Positions 19,956-27,616 of a stretch of DNA of 32,000 nucleotides are shown here, piece after piece (position 1 is the stretch's first letter; every line of letters begins with the position of its first letter). Made by a program: the position numbers and the translations under genes. Source of the DNA: Xylella taiwanensis (lineage in GTDB: Bacteria; Pseudomonadota; Gammaproteobacteria; Xanthomonadales; Xanthomonadaceae); the NCBI RefSeq assembly GCF_013177435.1, contig NZ_CP053627.1, positions 1,230,001-1,262,000 of the forward strand, read 5' to 3'. The notes beneath the pieces were generated by a model. That model searched no databases, was not told where the DNA came from, and worked only from the letters and a program-made list of their open reading frames with translations.

Positions 19956-21495
19956 CATGACGACATGGCATTGAGTGGTGTGACTCCAAAACAGTGGTTG
20001 TGCGTAGCAAGGCCGTTCTGATTTTCCAAAACGATTGCGTCGTTCCGTTCAAACAAACGTCCACTCAAGGCAGCAATGCTGGATGACTGCAAGGTGTCAT
20101 CACCGGGATCATGGCCGGTACGCGCCGGACACAGCGTGGTGGATATGTTTGCCTCTCGATTGGGGATGCAAGTTGCGTTTATCCAGCGATCCCAAATGCC
20201 TCCATTGGTGCAGAACGTTCAGCACGTTACGCACAAGGCCATGAAGGTAACCTGTGTGGGTTGGGCCGTGTTTACATTTTCATTCATGCTTTCGACATAC
20301 AGGTATACGAGGCGGATAGACGATGACGGCTGGTGCGCTTGTCCTCGTGTGTGGAGATGCGGCGAATAATCTTAGTATCCATCGACTGTCGTGGTGTTTC
20401 CAGGTGCGATGTGGGCGTGGCGCAATGACAGCCTTGATACCGTCAGATTGAACCGGCTCATGCATAGGTGTCCGCATCATTCTTTTTGTCGACGTTGACA
20501 ATAAGCCCTTTAGTAAGCAGTTAATACGATGCTGTACCTGCCAGATATTCCTGGCGGGTCCTGCGGTCACAATGAATCATGCTGGCTTGCTCGAAGCGTC
20601 CGCGGCCAGAAGCCGCTTGGGATTCAAGCGGCCTTGGGAACGGATGCGTGCCTGCGTCCGGTTGTTTTTGAAATCCTGCTGGCCTGTTGCGGTGTACCAA
20701 TATTCTTGGAGTTGATCAGGATGTGTTGGAGTTCTGCTCGTGTCAGTGCGGGGCGTGCTCAGACACTGTTGCGCTGCCATATTGAATGTGGGTGATGTGT
20801 CAGAGGATGTGGAACAGGGATGCGGATTACATCATGCTTTTTCTATCGGTTGGCATTGATAGCATAGGTGCTTGATATGTTTGTGTTGCTGTTGAGATGA
20901 AAGCATGCATTGCGATCCTGGTTTGCGTTAAAGCGGATGCCAAGCTCAGGAACTCAAGCCTTTTTATGGTGTTGCGTCGACATGGCGAATCATGATGTTG
21001 TGGATCTCCTGGAACGAGGTGCCAGTGTTGTTGGGTGTCTGACTGGCATGTTTGATCTTTAGTATTGCGTTGCCGATCCGAGTGAATATGTTGGCTGCTG
21101 GGCTCTGCTATATACCGGCGGTGATGGCCGTCCGGCGACTACATGCCCATGTGGCAATGGTTTGGATGGAGTGATGTATCCCGATGCTGCAGCCATTGTT
21201 TAACGATGCAGTGTTGCAGGCTGTGTACCCGCGTGGTGTGACACCGACTTGCTGCATCACCAAGGTCAGATATAGGGTGGCGGGCCCAGGATCTGGAGCA
21301 GATCCATCCGCGGGTGATCTGTCACACCGGCACCTGACACGTGTCGCCCGTCCTCCCGTCCCTTCCGCGTTGCTGTACAGTGAGGTGCGAGTACTGGATT
21401 GCGGCCGCTGTCTAGATCATTGTGGACGACGGGTGCGTGGGCTATTTCAGCCATTGCATGGTGAGTGGCCTTTCTCAATTCTTCGGAGATACTGC

Positions 21496-22047
21496 ATGAA
21501 CTTACGTATCTTGGGTCTCCTTTCCACTGTGTTGTGCGTGGCTTGCCAGCGTGTGCCTGAACCGCCGGCTGCGTCCACTGCACAGCAGGTGTCCAGCCCA
21601 GCGAAGGTCGGTGCTGCCACGCAACAGCGCACGGTTGAGCGTCCGGTATTGCACGCCAAGACGTTAGGTGGCGAAGAATACGACCTGGCTGCACATCGCG
21701 GTAAGTGGGTCTTGGTGAATTTCTGGGCTACCTGGTGCGCCCCGTGTTTGAAGGAAATGCCAGAGTTGTCCGCGTTACACCGGCGGCGAAACGACGTTGA
21801 GGTGATTGGGCTGGCCTACGATGACAGTAAGCCGGAGGAGATTCAGGCGTTCTTGCGATCGCATTCTGTCGATTATCCGATCATTATCGTTGACGTCTTC
21901 GACCCGCCTAAAGACTTCGCTGTGCCGCGCGGTTTGCCAATGAGTTACTTGATCGCGCCGGATGGTACTGTCGCCAAGCAATTCCTCGGTTCGATTACCG
22001 CCCGTGATGTTGAAGGGCTGATCGGACCAGCGGGTAAAGCCGGTTGA
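21496..22047 (+). CDS. TlpA-family thiol:disulfide oxidoreductase lipoprotein (thioredoxin fold)
   Basis: The signal peptide with lipobox reads MNLRILGLLSTVLCVAC. The active site is WATWCAPC, followed by typical downstream blocks (VEVIGLAYDD, DYPII, GLPMSYLIAPDG). ATG 21496 is preferred over track start 21184, because the upstream extension is not protein-like. Confidence 0.88.
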   Translation: MNLRILGLLSTVLCVACQRVPEPPAASTAQQVSSPAKVGAATQQRTVERPVLHAKTLGGEEYDLAAHRGKWVLVNFWATWCAPCLKEMPELSALHRRRNDVEVIGLAYDDSKPEEIQAFLRSHSVDYPIIIVDVFDPPKDFAVPRGLPMSYLIAPDGTVAKQFLGSITARDVEGLIGPAGKAG

Positions 22048-22356
22048 GGGCTGCAGTATGCTTCTGGTGGCTCGGTGTGGTGTAGTGCCTGTGTTCCTTC
22101 GCCTTTACCCTTGCATGCTGCCGTGGAGCAATGGATGGTATGGGGTTGAGCCAGTTTGCAGGGCCCTTCGGGCCTTTGCATCCTGTCTGAAAATAGCCTT
22201 GGTGATCCTAATCCAATGCCCGCTCTGGTGCGTATGGAAGACAGCATGATTGAGTGAGTGGTTGATAAATCGAAATTTACATCTTTTAAAATTGCCCGCC
22301 CCTGGCCGATGACTCGGCATAGCATCGTGTTCGAGTAGTGACTAAGGGGAACTGTC

Positions 22357-23565
22357 ATGACTGATTTCAATGCTCGGGAACGTTCGTCTTTGACGTTGTC
22401 CCGCCGTTCCAAGCGCGAGTGGTATGGCCTGATTTTTGGCTGGCTGCTGTTGGTGGTTGCTGGTTGTTGCTCGCTGTGGCACATGGCGCGCGAGCATGGG
22501 GTGTTGTTGCATGGCGATGGCCTGCTATGGGCGAGTATCGGGATCGCTAGCTTAAGTGTGCTCGGTGCCGTGATGTGGTATTGCCGACGCCGACTCGTAC
22601 AGGCGCTGTTCGTGCCGCGTTTACCACCGGATTGGATCAGTGCCACCTTATGCATTCAAACCGCACTCCCGTATTTACCCGTGTCGCCGCACACCGTCTT
22701 GCCTTGCCACGATGCCTCTTGGCAGCGTTTCTGTAGTGGTTTGTTGATTGCAGAAGATTTGGATCCTAGTGCTGCGCAACGCCCTCCTTGGGAGACATTG
22801 GATGCCCAGGCATGTATCGACCGACTGGAACAGCTACGTGAATCCTGGCAGCAAGCCAGCCAGCGCCGGATGCAACAACAGCAGCGGCGTTACTGGTTAG
22901 AAATGGTGTTGGCATTACTTGACCATGGTGTGTGTCGTCCGCTGCACGATGGCAGCCTGCCGGATACTCTTGCGTTGCGCACCGAGTGCCTATTACTGAG
23001 TGTCGATCAGGGGCCATTGGTGTTGAACGATGTGCCGGGCGTGTTCGCACGTCGATTATGGCTGGCATTGCATGCATTGCCGGAAGCGCAGCGCGCGAAG
23101 GCACACGTGCAGTGGCTTTTGCTGCACGTGCTGTATGCCTTGGGGACTGAGGTGAAAGCACTGGACGCGCTTGCTCAGATGGTGCTGGTACTGGCGTGGA
23201 ATCCGGAAATGGATCTGGATCAGGTCGAGGTTGCGTATGCCCAGGCGGCTGAGTATCGGAAACGCATGTGTGCTTGGCTGGTGCGTGCCGCACAGGTGAT
23301 CGTGTCAGAGAGTCCCCAGATGCGGCTTGACAAATACTTACTGTTGTTATGCCCTTTGTTGGGCAGCCTGGGGGGCGATGATATCGGTTATGTTGAGGCA
23401 TTACGGCCCCTGCATACGGGCTTTACCCAACTTTATGGCGCACGGTTGAGAATCCTGGTGGTACTTGCCAACGAGGTTGAGCAGCAGTCCGGGTTGCGCC
23501 CGCTCTCGGTACCATCCAGCATGGCGCAACGCTTGCCCCAAGATTCATCTCTATTAGGCCGGTAG
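22357..23565 (+). CDS. Hypothetical membrane-anchored protein (2 N-terminal TM helices plus a ~300-aa helical domain)
   Basis: 402-aa ORF. The TM segments are WYGLIFGWLLLVVAGCCSLW and LLWASIGIASLSVLGAVMWY. The Leu/Ala-rich composition is far more protein-like than the antisense ORFs. No family was recognised. Confidence 0.55.
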   Translation: MTDFNARERSSLTLSRRSKREWYGLIFGWLLLVVAGCCSLWHMAREHGVLLHGDGLLWASIGIASLSVLGAVMWYCRRRLVQALFVPRLPPDWISATLCIQTALPYLPVSPHTVLPCHDASWQRFCSGLLIAEDLDPSAAQRPPWETLDAQACIDRLEQLRESWQQASQRRMQQQQRRYWLEMVLALLDHGVCRPLHDGSLPDTLALRTECLLLSVDQGPLVLNDVPGVFARRLWLALHALPEAQRAKAHVQWLLLHVLYALGTEVKALDALAQMVLVLAWNPEMDLDQVEVAYAQAAEYRKRMCAWLVRAAQVIVSESPQMRLDKYLLLLCPLLGSLGGDDIGYVEALRPLHTGFTQLYGARLRILVVLANEVEQQSGLRPLSVPSSMAQRLPQDSSLLGR

Positions 23566-24059
23566 CGCTTGCAACATGCATATCGTGTTTGGGTGTGGCA
23601 GCAAGTGCAGCGGAGCGGATGCGTGTGAGAGAGATGTTTGTTTCGCGATCCTGTGGAGACAGCCAAGCGTTGGTCGCTGAAATCCAAGGTGTTTACGGTG
23701 TACGCATGGTGACCAGCATGTGTCGGTTCCCTTGACAATGGGAAGGTGCGATGAACGTTGCTTCAGTCGCTCAATGGGATGCAGATGCCTTGCTGAAGTC
23801 TGTCTTTAAATCTTACGAAAAAACATTAAATATCAAATATTTATGTGCAATTAGTTTCTGCAAGTCTCATCATCGAAATATCGCTAACTAATTGATTATA
23901 TTTTGGTTTATAAAGTGCCTGTGGAAACGATTTTTCGGGGTTTCCTCATGTGCCGGTCAGGGCACTGCTCCGGCGCCGTACGGGTTGAACGGCCATCATG
24001 GGCCCACGTCACTCCTGGAATGGGAAGCTTGGAATGTCGCAACTAGTCTCTAAAGCTTA

Positions 24060-24095
24060 AGAGTCGTCACCTGTATATATACAGGTGACGACTCT
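24060..24095. repeat. 36-bp perfect palindrome AGAGTCGTCACCTGTATA|TATACAGGTGACGACTCT at the left edge of the phage DNA
   Basis: Read directly; each arm is 18 nt. The stop codon of minus-strand ORF 24067.. lies inside it, so its last residues (RHLYIYR*) are palindrome-encoded. Confidence 0.9.
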
Positions 24096-24651
24096 GATTG
24101 GTATTTCTTGCTGCTGATAGGGGGCCCTGTGCAAATGCATCAAGGATGTACCGGTGTTGTTTGCTTACCACGTCGGCGCGATCCTTCACGATATTGCGCA
24201 TGGCCTTTTTAACAATGCCATCCATGACGTCCACATCAGCGGGGGTCAGGGCGATGCCGTCTGCGTCCTGTTGATAGGCCGTGGCCGTCTGGGGGTCCAG
24301 GCGGCGGATCCATACGCCTGCGGAACGCCGCTGATGACCTGGGGAGCACTGGTTGCGCTGGCGTTGTTGGCGGTAGCGCTCGGCCATCTGGTCACCGTTG
24401 GCGTAGCCGGACAGAACACGGATAAGGCGTTTACCATGATCTGTTCCGGTGAAGGTATTCAGATGGTTGCCAAAGGTGTAGATGCTGCCGGGATTGGGCA
24501 GCGGACCGGGGGCGGTCGGGTAGGCGCTGGAACGCCCGGCGACGTTCCAGTTGACGTTGGACAGCAGGTGCGAGCCCAGGCCGGATACCAGGCCAATGCG
24601 GGCGTTGCTGTTGCTGGCAGTGGTGTAGGCCGTACACGTGGGATGGACTCC
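24067..24651 (-). pseudogene. Unassigned phage-derived coding fragment fused downstream of the truncated portal gene
   Basis: The frame is open from 24651 to the stop at 24067. It reads ..TAYTTASNSNARIGLVSGLGSHLLSNVNWNVAGRSS..GSIYTFGNHLNTFTGTDHGKRLIRVLSGYANGDQMAERY..LTPADVDVMDGIVKKAMRNIVKD... It has no start codon at its 5' end and is not colinear with P22-type portal sequence. Confidence 0.35.
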
Positions 24652-25181
24652 TCAACAAAGGCAAAGCGGGCGTCGGAGCGGTCCAAAGCACGTGCATGCG
24701 GGTCAAAGTGCACTGAAAACGGGTTGTGAATCCGCTCAATGCGGATGTCCTGGTCGAAGGAGTCATCATCGGTGTAGGCCGTCCTGACACGCCACGCCCC
24801 GAACCCGCCACTCACGGCATATAAGCCGCCCCAATCGTAGGCTTCGTCGGCCCGCGATTGCGTTTCAATATTGCGTATCAGTCCCTGCCGCAGTTCGGCC
24901 AATGCGGCATCGCCATCTTCGGTGGCCCGAATCTTAATGGAGGGTGTGTTCATCCGCAGGTCGTTGACGACCTTCTTCACCATCTGGCGCAGTTTGTTAA
25001 ATTCGTATTTCGGGCGCTTGTCGCGATTCGCCAGGGAGCTATCGTCCCACTGGCTGCCCGGAACCCAGATGAATTTGAGATCATCTAGGGCGCGCGTCCG
25101 CAGCGCCGCTTCGGCGGACTGGCAATCGGCAAACCGCTCGCGCATCCGCCGGTATTTATCTTCGTCTTGCTTCATCGCCAT
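24630..25181 (-). pseudogene. P22-type portal protein gene, N-terminal ~180 codons only
   Basis: Colinear by eye with the P22 gp1 N-terminus. RFADCQSAEAALRTRALDDLKF..GSQWDD matches [43 protein letters not shown] matches GVGAWRLVTDYEDQ. IERIHNPFSVHFDP..RALDRSDARFAFV matches REPIHSACSHVIWDS...DKSDARHCTV. After FVEESIP the frame becomes Pro/Thr/Ala junk. Portals of this type are about 700 aa. Confidence 0.8.
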
Positions 25182-26278
25182 TGGCTTTTGTACTGAATCC
25201 TTTTAACAGGCACACCCGCGCGGGTACGCTGCTTTTCGTAATCGATCGCTATCAGCCCGAAGGCATCAGCCGCATGGCTGGACCAATCGTGGTGCGGTCC
25301 TAGGCCAATGTTGCGGTTTGCGTCGCGCTTTTCATGGTAAAAGTTCAAGGCATGCCTTCCGGCTTGGGTCGCGGTTTCGTTGAAGCGGACACTTGGAAAC
25401 ATGCGCCGTGTGGCTTCAATCCGTGCTGCCGCCGCGCCAGGGCCCATGTTAGGAATGACCGCGACTTCAAAACCGGCTTGTTTTAAGGCGCTTGCGTAAC
25501 TGACAGCAAATACTCTGTCGTGCGTGGCTCCGTCGTGGGGCAGGATGCAGTGTGGGGTGCCGATGCGGCGCAGCCAGTTCACATGCGTGGCCAGCGGCTG
25601 TCCGATGGCTTCGTAGTAGTCCAATACACGTACTTCGGTACCAATCAATTGGGCGATCCAGATGGCGCAGGCGTCAGCCTTGGCCCCGGTGCCGCCAATG
25701 TCCCAATACGCTCTTAGGGTCATCAAGGGGTCGGTGGCAACAAAGCCAATGCGCCCTTGGTCTTTGGCTTCGATCAAGGCGCGTGAGTAGTACGCGCCTG
25801 TGATTGAGGTTCTAAACGCGCCTTCCCAAATGTGCGCGTAGCTGTCAGGCCGTTTGTTGAGGTCCTCCAGTCGTTTACGGTTGAGTGCGTCCGGAAAAAA
25901 CGGGTTGTCGCGCCAATTGAGCGCCACGCATTTGCAGCGCTCTGGGGGGTGTTCGCGAAATCGCAGATGGGTCGCGCTGATGGCGTGTTCCGGGTTCCAG
26001 GTCACCCAGATTTCCGCATGTTCCTCACGCACGGTCGGAATGGCTTTTTCCCAGGCGGCCTCGGACACGCTCTCGGCTTCATCCACCCACAGCAGCAGAA
26101 TGCGTGCCTTGGATTTGATGCTGTCCAAGTTGCGGCGTAGACCGATGAAAGCAAACCCCACACGCCGATCTGTGGTGCGGATGTAGTTTTCGCCTACCTC
26201 AAATGCCGCTGTGAGCCACGGCTCAGCCTGAATGGCCGCTTTCACTTCGGCCATAGAAGAGTCCGCCAGCGAATTCAT
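25172..26278 (-). CDS. Phage terminase large subunit, N-terminally truncated (no Walker A)
   Basis: Walker B/coupling region is ILLLWVDEAESVSEAAWEKAIPTVRE..EIWVTWNP. The nuclease domain reads YWDIGGTG.ADACAIWIAQ...HDG...SHAADAF. No GxxxxGK[ST] motif is present anywhere, and the ORF begins in the segment that normally follows Walker A. It overlaps the portal start by 10 nt. Confidence 0.85.
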   Translation of the reverse strand: MNSLADSSMAEVKAAIQAEPWLTAAFEVGENYIRTTDRRVGFAFIGLRRNLDSIKSKARILLLWVDEAESVSEAAWEKAIPTVREEHAEIWVTWNPEHAISATHLRFREHPPERCKCVALNWRDNPFFPDALNRKRLEDLNKRPDSYAHIWEGAFRTSITGAYYSRALIEAKDQGRIGFVATDPLMTLRAYWDIGGTGAKADACAIWIAQLIGTEVRVLDYYEAIGQPLATHVNWLRRIGTPHCILPHDGATHDRVFAVSYASALKQAGFEVAVIPNMGPGAAAARIEATRRMFPSVRFNETATQAGRHALNFYHEKRDANRNIGLGPHHDWSSHAADAFGLIAIDYEKQRTRAGVPVKRIQYKSQWR

Positions 26279-26676
26279 GAATTCACGTCCGCATACGTTT
26301 TAGGGTTGGTTGCTTTGTTCCATACCTGGAACTGCTCCGCCGCGCCTGTGACATCTCCCGCATTGAGCTTGCGCAGCAACGTTGAGATCCCCAAATTCCC
26401 CAAGCCGATGTTGTAAGCCAGCGAGACCAGCGCATCGAATTGATATTGGGTGACAGGCACGCGCAGCCTCCGACGCACCCCCGGCACGAATTCCTTAGAC
26501 ATCCGGGTGTGAAAGCGCGTTTCGGCTTCCTCTAGGGTGATCCTCAAACCAGGCACCACGCTAGGCCCGGTATCACCATAGCCAATGGTCCACTTGCCAC
26601 CCGGGCATTTGTACGAGGTCAGCTTGCACCCCTCAAAATATTTGATGAGGGCGATGCCTTCGGTTCCTAGGTTCAT
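26275..26676 (-). CDS. Phage lysozyme (GH24, P22 gp19/T4 E-like), probably missing its last ~15-20 residues
   Basis: The catalytic layout is IKYFEGCKLTSYKCPGGKWTIGYGDTG (Glu...Asp...Thr), followed by TQYQFDALVSLAYNIG and FQVWNKA. ATG 26676 has GGAG 8 nt upstream. There is no N-terminal TM/SAR segment. Confidence 0.9.
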   Translation of the reverse strand: MNLGTEGIALIKYFEGCKLTSYKCPGGKWTIGYGDTGPSVVPGLRITLEEAETRFHTRMSKEFVPGVRRRLRVPVTQYQFDALVSLAYNIGLGNLGISTLLRKLNAGDVTGAAEQFQVWNKATNPKTYADVNS

Positions 26677-26694
26677 AGCCGTTCTCCGCAACGC

Positions 26695-26715
26695 AAAAAA
26701 CCGCCCGGAGGCGGT
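26695..26715 (-). terminator. Intrinsic terminator (minus-strand orientation), proximal to the lysozyme start
   Basis: The minus strand reads ACCGCC-TCCG-GGCGGT followed by TTTTTT. Confidence 0.75.
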
Positions 26716-26726
26716 CTGTGCTCAAT

Positions 26727-26754
26727 AAAAAAAGCCCTGCGGGTGCACAGGGCT
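26727..26754 (-). terminator. Intrinsic terminator (minus-strand orientation), distal
   Basis: The minus strand reads AAGCCCTG-tgcacccg-CAGGGCTT followed by TTTTTTATT. Confidence 0.75.
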
Positions 26755-26814
26755 TGGAGGGAAATCGCGCGATGGCGGCAAAAACAAATGTGCGGGATCA
26801 CCACTCAGGCGCGT

Positions 26815-26844
26815 AGATTAGGGGGGGAAGTGCGGACCCATCAA
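26815..26844 (-). promoter_or_regulatory. Candidate sigma70-type promoter (possible late promoter) upstream of the tandem terminators
   Basis: The minus strand reads TTGATG, an 18-nt spacer containing a C7 run, then TAATCT. This is a sequence match only, with no expression evidence. Confidence 0.2.
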
Positions 26845-26928
26845 GTCCGAATTACACCACCTCCCAAGCCCTCCTGACATAGAGACGTACGGACGCAAAT
26901 ACCGCTGTGCTCATCGAGATTCCTTTCG

Positions 26929-27264
26929 TCAGATGTGGATTTCATGCTGAATCGCCTGTTCTACAAATTGGTTCAAACTGATTCCCTGTGCTGCTGCGGC
27001 TTCAGAAGCCAAAGCATGGAGTTCAGGAGAGATCCTTGCATTGAACTTCCCTGAGTAGGATTTGCGTGGTTCGACGTCATCTTCTTCGCAGGCTTCCAAA
27101 AATACCTTCAGAGAAATAGCCCCTTCTCGACGAAGGCCCTTGAGGTCTTTGGCATAGAAATCAGCACCGCCATTGATACCGACAAACTCACCGCGAAACA
27201 TGTCGATATCCGGATCATAGGTAATGATGGCTTTGAAGCCTTCAATGGTCATGATGTTTTTCAT
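26929..27264 (-). CDS. hicB: HicB-family antitoxin (N-terminal HicB fold plus C-terminal RHH)
   Basis: The sequence reads MKNIMTIEGFKAIITYDPDIDMFRGEFVGI...FYAKDLKGL..E....L..FLEACEEDDVEPRKSYSGKFNARISPELHALASEAAAAQGISLNQFVEQAI. ATG 27264 overlaps the hicA stop in ATGA. The track start at 27291 would overlap hicA by 31 nt. Confidence 0.9.
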   Translation of the reverse strand: MKNIMTIEGFKAIITYDPDIDMFRGEFVGINGGADFYAKDLKGLRREGAISLKVFLEACEEDDVEPRKSYSGKFNARISPELHALASEAAAAQGISLNQFVEQAIQHEIHI

Positions 27265-27515
27265 GGTGTCACTCCGTTCGATTTCAACCAAGCTCGGATC
27301 GATTCAACAGCGCCCTTGTCAGTGTTAGGCGAAGGGTGGGGCCGGTGGAATACACGGCGTTCACCGAACAGCCGCACCAGCACACGAGACCCTTCACGTT
27401 CTTCTACTGTCGCTCCAAGCTCCAAGAAGAGTGCTTCAATATCGCGCCATTGGATGTTGGCGGAAACAGGGCGCGTGTCTATGGTGCTGAGGGTCTTAGC
27501 GTGCTTACGCTTCAT
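27261..27515 (-). CDS. hicA: HicA-family mRNA interferase toxin
   Basis: 84 aa reading MKRKHAKTL..I...PVSANIQWRDIEALFLELGATVEEREGSRVLVRLFGERRVFHRPHPSPNTDKGAVESIRAWLKSNGV. This is the characteristic HicA pattern (GS+v.v...g...vfHrPHP...dkgaV.s.R.fL). Confidence 0.9.
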   Translation of the reverse strand: MKRKHAKTLSTIDTRPVSANIQWRDIEALFLELGATVEEREGSRVLVRLFGERRVFHRPHPSPNTDKGAVESIRAWLKSNGVTP

Positions 27516-27522
27516 GGATGAG

Positions 27523-27543
27523 ATGGTACTAAAAAATGGTACC
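27523..27543. promoter_or_regulatory. Possible hicAB operator (ATGGTAC-N6-ATGGTACC; also an inverted repeat GGTAC/GTACC)
   Basis: Read directly in the 8-30 nt upstream of the hicA start. HicB-type RHH antitoxins usually autoregulate through such repeats. This is inference only. Confidence 0.25.
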
Positions 27544-27616
27544 TAGCACGAGAGTTCACTGGGAATAACAGTGCAAGCATTCAAGTGACGCATTGTCCAT
27601 CGTGTCGGCCAGCGCA

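Noticed and set aside
21184-21495. 104-codon upstream extension of the TlpA-like ORF
   Set aside because: The extension is not protein-like. A canonical lipoprotein signal peptide begins at the internal ATG 21496.
21945-23401. Minus-strand ORFs 21945..22655 (236 aa) and 22766..23401 (211 aa)
   Set aside because: Both are antisense to the TlpA-like gene and the 402-aa membrane protein gene, and Pro/Arg/Ser/Thr/His-rich. The plus-strand ORFs have TM helices and balanced composition.
23566-24066. tRNA gene or integrase at the prophage boundary
   Set aside because: I scanned for T-arm/acceptor-like sequences (GGTTCGAATCC-type) and for integrase-like ORFs. None was found in the window.
24154-24729. 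191-aa plus-strand ORF in the portal junction region
   Set aside because: It is Gly/Ala/Val-rich and antisense to the phage-derived frames. It has no motifs or RBS.
26852-26914. 20-codon minus-strand ORF (MSTAVFASVRLYVRRAWEVV) with an AGGA upstream, considered as a possible holin
   Set aside because: It is far too short and not hydrophobic enough to be a holin, and there is no supporting evidence.
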